64,000 nt of DNA, from positions 75,640,001-75,704,000 of the forward strand of contig CM060732.1 in the NCBI GenBank assembly GCA_030704615.1, in the 5' to 3' direction. Positions 27,501 through 42,201 of this stretch are shown here, piece after piece. How positions within the stretch are numbered: position 1 is the stretch's first letter; each line of letters begins with the position of its first letter. The notes beneath the pieces were generated by a model that searched no databases, was not told the DNA's origin, and saw only the letters and a program-made list of their open reading frames with translations. The DNA comes from Takakia lepidozioides. Its lineage: Eukaryota; Plantae; Bryophyta. The position numbers were made by a program, and so were the translations under genes.

Positions 27501-28220
27501 TCTTACTGTAGTTTATCAGGTTGCAAGCAGAATTAGGGCTGCAACTGGAATCACCCCCTGCAAAGTGCTGTTTTAAAGTCTTTGCAGTCCACTGGATGAA
27601 CATCCTCAGTGAACCATTTGCATTCTGACGTCACAGAAGATAATGGAAACCCGAAGTTGGTTTCGAGAAATCACCAGTCAGGAAAATTTGCCCCACCAGA
27701 CAAGTGCATCTTGCCATGGCTGAATCGAGCATCAGATGATGATGTGTTCACAGGAAGATTGATCGGTCGGGGAGTCCAAAAAAGATACTTTCCAACATGA
27801 TAGGAAATCGGTGGGAGGGACAGGCACACTCTCACAGGATCGATATCATCAGACATCCATGACCTTCCCTCTGGAAAGTAAACAGACGCCACAAATGAAC
27901 TGCGTCGTCTCAATGAATTCATACACAGACCATAAATCCTATGAGCTCCTAGCCCATACCTGAATAGTGCGCACAGCTTCGGATGTGAAGACCGACACTG
28001 ACGCGTGATGCGAGGCAGAGAGGCAATCGGCCACAGCCCGCCTCAGAGGCTCTGGATGCTTCCGTTGTTGCTGCCTCTGCCGGGCCACGCCCACAAGACC
28101 CGCCCCTTCCCTCCGCCCAGGTCCCGCCAGCCCTGGAGCAGCTGCAATCGATCGGCCCCCCACATCTCGCCTGCTCATTGCTCCCTCACTCTCCCTCGCT
28201 TCCTGCTCCACAGAGGGCAT
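18523..28220 (-). CDS. Conserved uncharacterised plant protein, At3g12590-like (more than 10 exons)
   Basis: N-terminal PEPLRRAVADCLS; DYLANP..DHALAERDRSP; AASVLIKLLIDMW; VRVRSFDLVLNLGVHAHLLEP; LLLLLIGKC; C-terminal SNNEKLLENPYLQMLGILQLS. Stop at 18525-18523. Start at 28220 or 28181. Confidence 0.88.
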
Positions 28221-28768
28221 CCCTGCCCCCCCAAGGAGCCTCTGTCCCTCTATTCAAGACTCTCTAGTAACTTCCTTCCATTTGAACCCCGTATACAATT
28301 TCCCTTTCATCCTCTCGAACTTATGCTAGTCACACAAACGAACTCTCTATATGTCTCTCTCTCTCTCTCAACAGGATACTGCAGAATCAAAGCTCTCCGT
28401 CACCTACAATGATCAACATCACGATCAACACAGCAGCGTCTACATCTCTCGCTCTTCACGATCAAAGAAAAACTGGAAAATACGAACTGTTCAGATAGTA
28501 TAGGCAAAAGACAAGATGCAATCCGAGCTGAGTGGAGCGGAAATCGCTCCATAGCTCCAGACCAGATTACAGACTACAGACTTGAGCGCCCTCGCTCAAT
28601 CTCTACCATTTCTGCTCTAGCCCTTCACTGCCGCACAGTTGACTGCCGTCTTCCAACTCTCACCGCGCGGTTCACCGAGGGGAGGCTCGCCAGCTTCTGC
28701 GCCGGGCCGGGCGACCCGACCCGTGATTGGCTGATGTCCAGTTTCCAAGTCAACCAACAGATTTTTGG

Positions 28769-28933
28769 TGGGCCCGGTTACTGGCTCTATCCGTAACCGT
28801 CCCAGGTGACCGGGAGTCCCCGGTCTCCAAACCCTTACGGGAGGATGGATGGATGGATGGATAGATAACATTATTTATCCTCCAACCTCTATCCTTTACG
28901 CGTGAGGTAGAAGCCGCGTAGGGGAAACCCTAA
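28769..28933. promoter_or_regulatory. Putative bidirectional promoter elements (site II TGGGCC and telo-box AAACCCTAA)
   Basis: TGGGCC at 28769-28774, (GGAT)n near 28842-28862 and AAACCCTAA at 28925-28933, between divergent genes starting at 28220(-) and 29138(+). Confidence 0.4.
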
Positions 28934-29137
28934 GTTAAGACGCTGTGCGGACTGGTGCCTGCCGGGCGATGGCAGGATCGCCTTCCGATCACAGGCTTGC
29001 TGCTACTCTGTAGCTGGATTCGGTTGTATATCAGCTCTTCTTTGGACTGAGTATTGGAGGAATTATCTTGTCGGTTTCGAGAGCGGCTACAAGTTCTTTC
29101 AGGTGCAGGGGGAGGCAGTCAGCGCGACGCTGGCATC

Positions 29138-32100
29138 ATGTTGGAATCCATGCTCGGGAAGGGCTTCAAGGCCTCTAAATGGTGAGATTCCAGTGTGTAA
29201 TTCGAAAAATATCTTCTTTTTGTCTGCCAGGAGAGATTTTGTGAAGGAGTGCTTCGTGGGATGCAAAAAGTTCTGTCTTTTCGATGAGGGATGTCATGAG
29301 TCGAAGTGCCATACGAAGTTCCTGTGATCAGAACTGAATTGATTCTTCGGAGGGATGCGGCCACGAGGTACAATTGCTGTGATATGGAAATTGAGAAAGC
29401 TATGCATACCAATTACCGGACATTATCTTATACGGATCAGATTCGGCCTCGTACTGGTTTTTTTTAATTAAAAAAATTGATCTGTTTATCCGTGATTGGA
29501 AGTTCATGATTGTAGTGTACAGTATCTGTGAACGAAATGATAGGCAACGAGCAGGACAAATATGCTTGTTGTATTATTAATGGAGCATAGGCACATAATC
29601 CTGGAAAAGTCATGAGACACGAGTCTTGGTGTTATGGACGATTAATTTAGTGACTGGTAAACCCTCTTGAAGTTTGACGAAGTTGCAGATGTAAGTGACA
29701 GTCTCTCTGCTGCTTAAGAAAGCGGTTAAAATTTCATGACCTTTAAGCTCAGTGTTTCTCTCGATGCTCTTAGCTGATGGTCCCATGTGTACATGCTAGT
29801 AACAACTTCTGCAACAGCTCCCACTTCCGTAGTTTGTTGCTTTCTTGGCTGATGAGGGAAAAGAATTGCCAGATTGCACCCAGTTGGAGTTGTCATTGAC
29901 TGTTCCCTGAGAATGTTTTGTCCTGATGCACCTCTTGAGGGCAGTACTGAACCATCATGTGGCCCAGGTTGTGGGGTTTCAGCCACCAGTGTCTTGAAAC
30001 TCAGCCTGAAATTGCCATGGATTTTGTCAGTATAGAAGGCCAGTCGCTCGAGCGCTCATAGTGAGGTGATGTGTAAATGTTTTCTTTCGCCAAGGTCACA
30101 TGGAAGCAACCCAGGTAGTTGACATTTGTTTGTGGGTTGGTGTAGCAAAACGCTGCTGCGGCTAGCAATGGCACGTATCAAGCTGCTACGTAACAAACGC
30201 GACCTCCAGATCAGAATGCTCCGCAAAGACATTGCCCAGCTCCTTAGCACTGGCCAGGAGCCCAGTGCCCGCATTCGGGTGTGCTCTCTCTCTCTCTTTC
30301 TTCCATCTATCTGTCTCCATCTCTCAGTTGGATCAACTTAGTATAGCATGCCCAGTGACGCACCAGTGCATCCTTTTCATTCTGCTTGTCCTTGTCCTTC
30401 CCTTCCTTGAGATGTTTCAAATGTAACTATAAAATGTTTGTAAGAAGAGAAGGTGAAGTACTAGTGAGAATTGTCTTGCTGTTTAAAGTCTGTTTGATTC
30501 GTAACCGCTTAACTGATGATACTTTGTATGCAGGCTTTGTCTCACTGGGTGCTTACTGGGTGGATGGGGTTGTGTGGGGTCTAGGTTGAGCACATTATAA
30601 GGGAACAGAACATTATGGCAGCATACGACATAATTGAACTTTTTTGCGAACTTGTAGTGGTTCGCCTTCCCATCATTGAGTCCCAGAAGTATGCTTCATA
30701 TCCTCTGTTGGTGAAGTTTAATATGCAGAAGAATGATGCAACATGTTAAGCTATCAAAAGGATGTGGGGAACTGAGCAAATAACACATTTTGTTTTCAGA
30801 GCATTATAATTGTATCTGGACCTGTGCAGTTGATTTTTTTGTGGGCGTTTTCACTGTTGCAGGATCTGTCCCATGGATTTGAAGGAGGCTATCTCGAGCT
30901 TGATATTTGCCTCCCCGCGGTGTGCAGATCTGGAAGAATTGTTGGAGATTCGCACACTTTTTGCCGCTAAGTATGGTAAAGAGTTTGCAGCAGCAGCTGC
31001 TGAGTTGCGCCCCAACTGTGGGGTTAACCGACGGGTACGATCCCTATCACAACATGGTGTCTGCAGTATATGCCTTTGGTGGTTGTTGAAGGTGGCTGGG
31101 TAGGACTAAGTCTCCTTTTAGCTCATGTTCTGCTCACCTGTTGCTGAAAGAGAGCCAGCCTCGTGGAACTCGCCTAAAGTTGAAACTTTGGGTAGCCCTA
31201 CCTATTTTCAGGTTTTCGTAAGTGGTATATGGAAAGTTTTGTGCAGGGATGCCTTGGGGTCACATCAACCTAGTGGGTCTAGGGCTGATTTTGGTATCGA
31301 CTGAATGATGAAATGGGTTGTTGCTAAGGAAGGCAGCTTTTGCCTTCCCAGTCTGAGGGAAAGGGCTAGTGCTTGGTTTGTTGTGTGGTTATTGGTGTTG
31401 GTTCTTAAAGACAGGCTTCAGGCTTCATCCCTGCTACCCATTGAGTAGTGTCATTGTTGGGCTGGAAATTTCCAGATAATAGAGAAGCTATCTGTGCGTG
31501 CTCCAAGTGGGGAAACAAAGCTTAAGCTGATGAAGGAGATCGCAGCTGAGCACAATGTGGATTGGGATCCTACCGACTCAGAGGCAGAACTCCTGAAAAC
31601 CCCTGAAGATTTGCTAGTAAGTCTTTCTCTCTCTGTCTCTCTCTCCCTCTCTTCTTCATGCTGGGCTCTCATGGTTGCCCTTTTGTACTTTTACCCTTCT
31701 GTAGTGATGACTGTCGATTTCTCTTTGGCACCTTTATAATGGAGCACTTTCACTGCTGATCTAGGTCAATTGCAACAGCTGAACCAGAATGTTTGTGTCT
31801 GGATACGTAGCAGAAAGTGGCAGCTATTTTTAGCAAGTATTTGTCCTTATCTGGTGAATGTCATAGATATTTGTTACCTCCAATCAAGACTGCAGGAAGG
31901 TGGTCTGGTCAGTCATTCATATTCATAAACGGATGGTGGACTTATTAACCTACAGAGACTTTGTTAAGGAGAGCGCATTCTTTTGACCATATACTAGGTG
32001 GCTCATCCTCTACTTGTCCTACTTTGCCCCTAGTTCTTGATTGATAACACATGCGTAGGGTTAGAGAGTGGAGCATCATGGAAGATAAGGAAGCTTCCAA

Positions 32101-33916
32101 TTATTCTTCTTTTTGCTCACCTGTATACTGTTTATTGATATATCAGTTTGCTGTGTAGGATGGACCAAACCACTTTCTGGCAGCACACCAAATGCCAATG
32201 CCCGCATTTGTCAAAGAGGAGACTCATGACTCTCCAGTCAGATCAACCTCGCAGGTACCCCCGTCTGGCTCAAACCCTCCCATCTCCCCCCCGACTCCTT
32301 CCTCACCTGAATCTCCTGCTGCAAAGCAGTTCATCCCGTTTGTTTTACCAACAAAGGGGAAATTGCCACCACCTGGAAAGTATGACTCTCCTCCAAGGAC
32401 TGCTCCTGTTGCTCGGGAGACTGCATATTACAAGGAAGGCCAGCAGCCACCTTCAGAACCCTCTAGGCGGGTGTCTGGCAAGTTCAATGCTCAAGCTTCT
32501 AGCCCACAGGATCAGTGGACAGCTGGTGAGGATGCTAGGCGGAATGTATCAAGGAATCCCGAGGAAAATGAATATACTCAGGTAAAGGAGGGAAAGATGG
32601 ACTATAAGGATGTAGCAGCAGCTGCGCAGGCAGCTGCTAATTCTGCCGACCGTGCAGTGGCTGCAGCACGAGCCGCTGCTGAGCTTGCTAAAAAAGCCGA
32701 GTACGGACACACACAGTCCAATGAGAATGCAGAGTATTCGCGGGATGGGAGTGCAGTGCCAAATCAGAATGCTGCAGCTCGGGATGGAAGTAGTGACACC
32801 ACGCTGGATAGTCCCACTGACAGCGACGATGAGGAGCCACCTGTCAAGAATGAGGAGGAGGTACCGCGTGGCAGGGGTCCTGGTGGGACAAAAACAAAGC
32901 CCTCTTTTGATGAATACTGGCGGAGTGAGACTCGTCGGAGTTTTGATGAGCCTGGATTTACATCAGGAGCAACTAAACTGCAGTTCAATCCACCAGAATT
33001 TCCAGGGGCATCGAGCAAGCCAGTGTTTGATGAATATGATGAGGACAAGGAGACCAAAGATAACATTTTTCTCAGAAGTGGGAGAAGTGGAAAGCAAGAA
33101 CCTGAATTTGGGGATAAAGGATGGCAGACTGTCCATTCCTCGAAGAGCCAGCAGGATAAGCTGAGGTGGCAATCACCCCAGGGGTCCCAGGGGTCTGGAA
33201 AGTACGATATATTTGACCTGCATCTGGAAAAAATGCCAACCTATACCACTGGGATTGTGGATGACACCCCTACAGACCCTCACAGCTCAGTTGGAGGGAG
33301 TGATTATTACTTTGGCAAGCCTAAGTCGAACATAGTGAAGGATGGGGATAGTTCTGGAACAGGGGAGTACTACAGGGGTTCTGGTGACAGCAAATCCCAG
33401 GCCAGAAAACCCCTTGCTGAGAGCCGGCGGTCATATGGAGCTAAGCCAGCTCCAAAGAATCAAGAAAGGTCGCCCTTATTTGATGATGAAAGTGGGGCCA
33501 ACTGGCCTGTAGATTCTTCCTTACCTGTTCCAGGGCATAGTGAAGGGCAACTGAAGTTCAACAGTCAATATGATGCATCACCTTCTACTAGCCCACCAAA
33601 GTTTAATGATTATGATGATTCCTCACCAGGAGTTAGGTCATATCTGGCAACAACGAAATCTGGCTCGGGTTCCTGGGCCCAGCAAAGAACGTCGGAAAGC
33701 TCTTATCAGCCTCCTCAAAGACCAGCTCCCCCTATTAACTCTTCCCCATCTCAGCAGACCTCTCCCTCTACACAGAACCCTACTTCATATTCCCCTGGAG
33801 TCCCAAAGTATTCACCCTCACCCGAAGGTAATACACGAAGTCCATCAGTTCATCCGAAGCTGCCTGATTACGATGACTTGACAGCCCGGTTCGAAGCTCT
33901 GAAGTCAAAGCGGTAG
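29138..33916 (+). CDS. IST1-like ESCRT-III regulator of VPS4 (6 exons)
   Basis: Exons at about 29138-29181, 30146-30278, 30585-30688, 30863-31034, 31476-31616 and 32159-33916. Motifs: GFKASKCKTLLRL, ARIRVEHIIREQ, LKEAISSLIFASPRC, KYGKEF, LKLMKEIAAEH. C-terminus HPKLPDYDDLTARFEALK is MIM1-like. Confidence 0.92.
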
Positions 33917-35654
33917 TCGTGCTGATGTGTCCATTCTCACTAATAGGTTGCTTCTTGTGACATTCTCTCCATTTTCCCTTGTAAAGCTGGTGAACATGAA
34001 ATAATTTTTGCTCACGCAAGTTCATATACTATATGCACGTGGAGGCTGCTTCCTCCCTATTTTAGCTATGGAGACAACTGTGGATACTGGGGATGGTGAG
34101 GGCTCGTGTTGGGTTTATAGCTGTATATGTTTGTGACTTTATCAGCTTTCCATAACAGGGGACTACAGCTTTCCCCTTGTCTCTGTGCCTTCATTATGGT
34201 GTCCGGGTTGATACATGTGTTGATCTATGATACTTAAAACACCTTGGAATGGTGGAAGGAAGTTTGCACTTCTATCTGGGTTACCTCAGGGAGATAGTTC
34301 TAGTGTCGCCATTTATGGATGCCTGTGAAGAGTCGATCGAATATATTACTCCTGGAGATAGATTTAGGAAGCTTTTGTCATATCCAACAGAGGTTACATG
34401 AGGGAATGGTGTTGTTTAATCCTGAATTTTGAAAGCTGAAAATAAAATCCTTGTCAACTGATCCACCTCCTTGTGTTGTGAAGTGTCAATGTGATCATTA
34501 CTTCTGGAGGTTTCCTTGTGTACAGAGAAGTGTCTTAAATGGCTAAGCAACAATCTCTTAGGCGGAAAGTCTGAAAGGGTTTTCTGCAGTGCCTGGTGGT
34601 TGGAAAGTTGAATTTTGCTGGTGAGGATCAACACTGTTACAACCCACTATCCTTCATCGGAAGGTGATGAGGGACACTGGAGACTCCAACCTGAGACCCA
34701 CTTCTTCCCAGATGCTTAAAACTGGCAAGAATGCCAGGACATCAAATGCAATTTTCTGTGCAGGTAGAGTGGTACCCAATCTCGTGCTGATAAAAAACCG
34801 GGTGATACTGCTTACTTTTTAGGTCAGAGAAAAGCAGGTTTAGGATGAATTTCTTAGAGACCGGAAAATACAGTAAGAATAGTGTGGCATTCACCACAGC
34901 TTGTCTCAGTACCGCGTGACTGTGGAACTTCAATATTCGCAGGTTTTGCTTTCAATTCAATCCGCATTCCATTCCTCTCCAAATGCACACTAATCGGAGG
35001 GAGAGGTTAGTAAAACTGAAAATACTGGTTTTATTATTTCCAGTTTGCTTTCAAACAATGGTTCACCTGGTTCAATGGTCCTGAGCATGTGAACGAAGTG
35101 CAGCCGCACCAGAGGACCTCTCCCTACAGACTCTGATGCACTGCTATTGGGAAGGATCTGGAGCTTCACACTGATCAGACCCTTGAGCTGTGCTCACCAC
35201 TCAATGGTTTCCTGCTTTGTTCTCTTGTGGACTACTGTTCTGCTACTGTGGGAAGTTGCAAACCTGCTGCATCCTTTGTTTGGCTCACATTCCATAACAT
35301 GGTTTGTCAGATCAGAACCCCACACCAGCATTTTGACCCGCCTTGATGTGCCCCCAATATGTCAGGGTCTTGTGTCCAGCATTGAACACCAGCATGGCCA
35401 TTGGAAAAACCCAGTTGATCTTGGGTAGGAGACCTTATGTGAGTGAAATGGTTGATGTATCCACTTTACAAGTGCTCAATGTGAGCAGGTTGCACAAAAA
35501 CCTAAGCCGTGCTGATGTCAAGATCCAAGCCAGATCAGTGTGTTCTTCCCAACTCTGGCTGAATGTATCGACTATGATGAAGGTGATAAGGTCAAAATTC
35601 AGGTAAGAACTAAGAACCCCCGAGGTCTCTCTCCAAACTCCGATAGCATGCGAT

Positions 35655-37101
35655 TCATGTGGATGGAGTTTGATGTGACGCAATCAAAAGGGCGTTGATC
35701 ATCACATGCAAGGCTGCGCTGTAAGTAGCATTGCTGTAGTGCATACCATCCTGAGTGCACTGGGGTCCACAACCATGGCTCAAATGCTGGATGTCCAGTA
35801 GTCTCAGGGGACCTTCGGGTCGGAGAAGCATGCTGTGGTGAAGCTGCTGATCATACAAGTGAGATAGTTCTTTTGTCATCCGTAGGCGTTTTACTTCACT
35901 TGAGAAGAGGGAAGGTATTAACGTTGGCAGATTGAGCCAGAACATATGTGGCATTGATTGCGTAGAGACACTGTCTGTTTGCTCCAAGGATTTTGCAGTG
36001 GAATACGAAGTAGAGGGGAAGAAGGAGACCACTGCCTTTTTCAATTTTACAAGCGATTCTCCATAGTGCGAAGCATTTGTGGCGTGCAGCATATGCCACA
36101 GGCCAGCCCCCATGATAAAAACATCAGGATATGTTTGATTGCGACGAAAATCCCTAGCCAGGCGTGTGAGATTGATGCTGTATGGGGCCCACACAAACTG
36201 CAGACGCATCTGCTCCTCCCTCCATAGATACTCATAGTTGCTATGGCGTTTGAATAGCTGAGGTCTTATAGGCTCCGCTGATGGGAGAAGCAACTCAAGC
36301 AGGGCAACCAGAAAGAAACGGGCCTGCGAGTCTCCTGCTACAACGATCCAGGTGCCCTGAAGCAATTGCACTGCCTCCTTACTTTCCAATCTCTGAAAGC
36401 TGCATTCCTCCAAAGGCTTCGGGTTCCAGTTCCAGTCTCGGTCACTCTCACTCCCCGTTCCTTCCGATTTGTTCGGGCCCAGTGATGCCATCTCTGACTG
36501 AAGGCTTGGACTTTGCCACTCAATCTGCACGGATAATTGCAAAGGACCAATTTCAAAAAATGACATGAATCGGTCTCATGGATCTGTTTCCCGTGCTCGT
36601 TTCAAGCAGGCTAACATTTGTCCTAGGTATACCCGCCCAGCAGACCAAATGCTGGCGGCCAGCGTCAGACCTCATCCTTATGCAGCTTCTTATACACAAT
36701 AAGAATCTGAAAGCCTCGCTTTAGTTCGATTGTGCTGCCTCAGATTCTTCTTATGCTAAGATCTACAAAATCCACAAAGAACATTTTTCGGAAGGAAGCG
36801 AGAAACGGGGGAAGGTAAAGGAGATCACCTCGTGCAAATTCGAGAAACAATCCAGTGGGGCAGGGCTACCGGGATCGTTGGCATTAAACAACCCATATAC
36901 ACTACGAAAAGCTGGAAGGGAGTAGAAAGACAGAGAAAGCGCGGGGAAGTAAGGCAACAGATGCACTGAGACTGCCAGCACAATAAAGAGGGCGGAGCTG
37001 AAGAACAGGACACGGTTGCGTGTGAGATGCATGCCGGCCATCCCCAAGGGCACAAACACCACACACGCTGCCAATATTCCTGCTTGCAGCGTCACCCCCA
37101 T
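35655..37101 (-). CDS. AXY9: ALTERED XYLOGLUCAN 9-like polysaccharide O-acetylation protein (2 exons)
   Basis: Exon 1 (37101-36829): LQAGILAACVVFVPLGMAGMHLTRNRVLFFS. Exon 2 (36524-35655): VAGDSQAR (GDS), LFKRHSNY, GAGLWHMLH and DGMHY (DxxH). Confidence 0.88.
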
Positions 37102-38288
37102 GTTGCTTGCTGCGCGCAAACATTCCCTCTCCTCCAGCACCCAAAACGCACAAGATCGAGAAACTCTCAGAAACACCTCTGTAGCTCCATCTCTCTAGGC
37201 CCCACAGAGCCTCTGATGGCATCAATAGCACCGACCCAATCTGTGATCACACCTCCCCAACTACAAGCGCATATCAGCCCCTCACCCTCCATCGTCTCCT
37301 CTCTTGCTAATTCTTCCCCCACCTACTTAACCCATAATTCATCTACTACTCCAGACTGCGCGGGTGTTCAGCATTGTGTGACAATGCACCGATCTGACAT
37401 GACATAAAAGCGCGATAGCCTTTTCCACGCTTTCTTCGCTCTTCCCCTCTAATCAGCAGCTAGCTACATCCAAGCACGCATCCCCAGCATGACCCACGGA
37501 ATGAATGTGTAAGTAATTCAGCAGCATACGCCAACGGATGAAGGAATAGTCTCTCGGGCTCGAATATACTATCTCTTCTATCTCTGGAGGCGATGGACAT
37601 ATGGTGTAGAGAAAAGGGGTGTGTGAGCAGCTGAGATAGCACCGTCAAGCTCATACAGAAGTTGCTGCTGCAGAGGGGAACGCTTGTGCACTGTGCGCGA
37701 CAGCAGCATGCTGCGTCAGAGGTGGGTTGTAAGTTGCTGCGGCTGAGAACGGTGCCTGCTTTTTACGTCTTGAAGGAGATGGTTTGGAGTTAGTTTGCTT
37801 TAATGGCGTACGCATTGTTATAAGGGGATGCAGAAACTAATGGTTGTAGTAGATTTTTGGAGCGGTGGGATGGAGAAGATGCAGCACTGTTAGGACCTGT
37901 ATTTGTAGTATAGCTTTGGGTAGGATGAAGGATTTGAAGAAAGGAGGCTGATGATGAGGTTGTTGTTCTAGCCTCACTTGATTTGACTGTCCTTTGGAGC
38001 TACTGTTTAATTTTTCCATGGTGCTCACTGTCACATTGAGTTCTCCATACTTCTCCTTTCTTCAGGTGGAATCTCTGTTATGCGAACTTGTCAGATCGTG
38101 TCTTCGTGTTGATAGACCAATTCCGGATGTTGACATTCCAAAGGTGCGGTTGGATTATTTGAGAGGGTTGGGCTGGAAGAGAGTCTTGTCGGCCTTTCCT
38201 CGTCAAGAAAGTTGAAATTGAGGGGGTTAAGGGTACTTGTATGCATGACTGCACCATCTCTCGCTGGCAGACCGGAGCACTCAGCCCA

Positions 38289-41200
38289 ATGGCAGAAGGA
38301 AATCGTGGCGACGGTGAAGGAAGACACGGTCGGAAGATGGAAGATAAGAAGGCCGAATATACTAGAGACGTAGGAGGACAAGCTGAGGTTCCTAAAGGCA
38401 ATGACAGGAAGGGCGAAAAGATGAGGAGGAAAGGACTCGTGTCTTTTGTGGCGGGGGGTGGGGCAGGGATGACGAGTACCATGATTTTGCAGCCTCTGGA
38501 TGTTATCAAGACTCATATGCAGGCAGCAGATTCTCCACAAACACGACAGTTCCGGCAGGTCGTGAAGGGTATACTGGCTAAAGAGGGAATCAGGGGACTA
38601 TGGCGGGGCACTGGTCCGGCATGTGTAAGGGTGGGGCTGGGGGCGGGTCTCTATTTTGCAGTCCTGGGCCCTATCCTTGACATGCTGCGATCCACATATT
38701 CTGGCAGCACAGTGGCGAGCAATGGCACCCGAGCCGCACTCCGCGACAAGCTACCTGCTGTTGTGACCTTGAGCGCGGGTGCCTTGACGAGGGCAGTGGC
38801 CTCTATTGCAGTTTGCCCTGTCACTGTGATCAAGACTCGCATGGAGGTATACAATCAGGAAAGGGTTTGTGTGTATCTGTGAGAAAGAGGATGTACTCAT
38901 AAGACTCTTTTGCCATGAGAAAGAGAGAGAGATAGGGAGAGAGGATTCCAGTTACTTCATGCCACAGAACTGGACCACCAGTTGTGAATGCATTTTGATA
39001 CAGTCTGTGCTATTGAGATATGTTCAATATTCAGCCCGCCAGTGGTTGCCATGTTTCCACTCTTCCATCATTTCCTCACCTACTTCCTCAAATGTAGCAT
39101 ATACTTCCAGACACATTTTTCCTTGGAGAGGGCTAGCTGATTTTATTGACAAACATGTAGTGGCCATGTTCCAAAGGATATCCAAAAGCTCAGAGTGTCG
39201 CAGGCTTGCAGGAGGTGGTTGGTTAAGGTAGGTGGCACCCACAGAGGAATTAGACTTGGGCACTCCGGGCATAGTTTATTGATTGCTATGCATGCAATGA
39301 CATGCGGGAGGCAGGGCGGGGGGTGCAGTATGCAGCAGCCTCAGGCCTGCAGTATCAGAGCACCTTGCACGCCATTTCCACCATCACCCGATCTGAAGGC
39401 CTCCCTGGTGACATCTTGCTTGCTGTAAATTTGAGAATAGTTGTTGTTTTAGCTCTTGTTGATAGATCTAGGGAATTCCATGTGTATTCTGATAGTTCTG
39501 TATATGTGGAGTGCCAACCTTGGTTCACTTTGTAACTCAGCTTGACAAAACAGGTGTGTGTGTGTGAGAGAGAGAGAGAGAGATGTATCTGGCCATTTGG
39601 TCAACTGGTTAAACCACTCCTGGGGCAATCCAGGGTTCGTTACCTGCAGGTTCAGCATCTCACCTTAATGATATCATACCCCAGATGGAGGACTTTCTGG
39701 GCACGCTGTCTTGGTAATACGGGTTTCTAAGGGTGTCAGGGTTTTCCTCTCAGCACCTGGGTTCCATGCAGACATACTCATATGTTCCCTGGTGACAAGA
39801 AGAGTGAGACTGACGTTGAGGTTGTTAATTCTAATGCATGACAGGGCTATACAGTGGGTTGATGCCAACATTGGCTAGGGATGCGCCATATTCAGGTCTA
39901 TATCTGCTTATGTACAATCAGATCCAGCATGCTCTTAGAGGTTTGCTTCCTTCTATAACGTTACTCAAATGTGCTCAAAATTTTCAAAAGCACCAGGTGC
40001 CATGCAGAGCTACCTACAAAATACAATCTTTCTTAAGAAGGTGCTGGTATCAGTAGGGATGTCTGGATCAGTGTGTTTTTTTGCAAAATCGCCAGGGGGC
40101 CACACGTGAAGTCTACCCAGCGCCCATGTTTTTCGACAAATGTTTTTGATTTTAACCCCCATAATTCCACAAGTAGCTGACCCATTTTCCAGGTCGAAAT
40201 CTGTCAATTTTTTACCAGAAAAAAAATAACACTGGTTTGGATGTTCTTTGACTGGCTGTACTGCACTTTCACTGTTTCAGATCATCTGCTGTCAGGGAGC
40301 CCACAGGCATCTATCAATTTTGTGGCAGGTAAGGTGTCTGCTTTGGTTTGTCTTACGTATGTTTTCAGGTGCAAGAATGGCAGTCTACTGGCCATGGGGT
40401 ACGGATGTTTTATCTGCTTTGTCTCCTCAGGTGTTCAAGCATATCGGTCTTTGATAATGTCATTAAAGTCTGAATACGACTGAATACGACAGGTGCATGA
40501 AGAACTTAATTTTATTGTTGGTCGTTATATGGACTCATCACATGCTTGCATTAATCAGCTATTTCTTGTAATTAGGGCTCCAATGCAGTCTTCGCTGGTT
40601 ACAGTAATGAACAAATTGGATTCGAGTTGTGGTGTACATAAATCAGAGAGCTTCAAAAATATCTACCTAAGATCAGATTCAAACCATGGCCATAATCCCA
40701 CTATACTAAGAAGGTTGGGGCGTACAGGAGCGCTAGCTGGTGGAGGAGCAACTTTACTCACACATCCTCCTGATGTGGTATGTCATTTAAGTTACTACTT
40801 CAATATTTGGTCACAGGAAAATAACAACTGTTGGGAACAGCTAGGAATTGGGTGCAAATCCTCCAGGAATCTACAAGCTTGTCATAATTGGGATTGGCTA
40901 CAGGACTTCCCAGAAGGTCATGGCAGGTTTCGTGTAGAGGTGTAGAGTTTCAATATTGTATCAAGAACATGGATTGTCTAGAGGCTGAATTTGTACACAA
41001 CATCCTCTCCGAAAATCATGAAGAAATGAGGCACAGAAATTTGGTTGAAACACTTTGGCAAGCCCTTGGCATTGGAATATTGAGATTCATGCGAGAGAGT
41101 GGTTTAACAGGCAACCCTCAGTTTGGAGAGGCTTTCACATGGGCTATTTTTGCTCCTTGGGAAAACTGTGGAAAAAGAGGTGGTGTTTCCAGTCTTGGTT

Positions 41201-42201
41201 ATCTAGATATAGAGATGGGTTCCTGCCTGCTCACACTGACAGAGGCTGTGCCATGAGAGAGACATAAGATTCTACATAGACTACTTCCCTTCTACTTGCA
41301 GGTCCTCCTGTATTTTACAGCCATATTATCTGGTGGAAAAGCCTTAACTTGGAATTTTATTGTTGCCCAAGCCAGGAGTCAATTCTTGCAGTTGATACTG
41401 TAGGTTCGTACAAGGTTGCAGCTGGAGCAGGGCCAACATTCTAGCATTGTTTCAACAGTGCAAGAAATAGTCAAGGTCAGTAGATTGCAACAAATTGGTT
41501 TGTGAAATTGCTTTGCAACTTATCTAAAGAGGACCAACTAACTGATGTGCTTACTTCATGGGTTAAAAAACAAAAGTTCCCTCTGGAGTAAGTCTGATTT
41601 TCTGTGGGAACATCTGATAAAGATCCTCGAAGTTTGCTTCCGCAATGTTGAACATTCCTTGGGTGATGAGATGTGGCTTAGAAAACTTAGAGCATGTATA
41701 CGAAACTGCATAGGTACATGGATTCAAAGGACTTTTTGTTGGAGTGCTTCCACGAGTTGGAAGGCGGGCATTGCAGCAAGCTTTTGCATGGTGACACCTC
41801 ATACCCCACTCGCTTTCTGGAGCTCTAAAGTACATGGATTGAGGAGAAGTGGACACTAACAGTAGCACTGCAATCTCTTCTTTAATGACATTAATGCCAA
41901 CTCTTATATCGCACCCTACTCCCTATACTTCCTGCCCCAGCGTGATTACATGATGTATCGACTGTACTCAAAAGGATATGTTATAGACAATATATTCACA
42001 GGGACTCGACAATGATGACAAGCATCTCTTTTCTGATAGTGGAATATATGAGAGTTTTGCTCCTCAAGCTATGGTATTTTATTTCAACAGCATACTTTCT
42101 TGTTGCATGTTCTAATGTTGATTCCACTCGTGTGGCCTCTCTGACTCAGGACTTTGTATGAGGAGATTGTGCGGCGCATTGTGCAGAGGCCTGAGGTTTG
42201 A
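38289..42201 (+). CDS. Mitochondrial carrier, SLC25A38/Hem25 glycine transporter-like (8 exons)
   Basis: Three carrier repeats: QPLDVIKTHMQ, CPVTVIKTRME and HPPDV|VRTRLQ. Also GLWRGTGP, TLARDAPYSGLY and PRVGRRALQQAFAW|TLYEE. Stop at 42199-42201. Start 38289 (38241 possible). Confidence 0.85.
40069..40234. mobile_element. hAT-type MITE in a carrier-gene intron
   Basis: TIRs cagtgtgttttttt / aaaaaaataacactg. 8-bp TSD gtctggat (40061-40068) vs gtttggat (40235-40242). Confidence 0.75.
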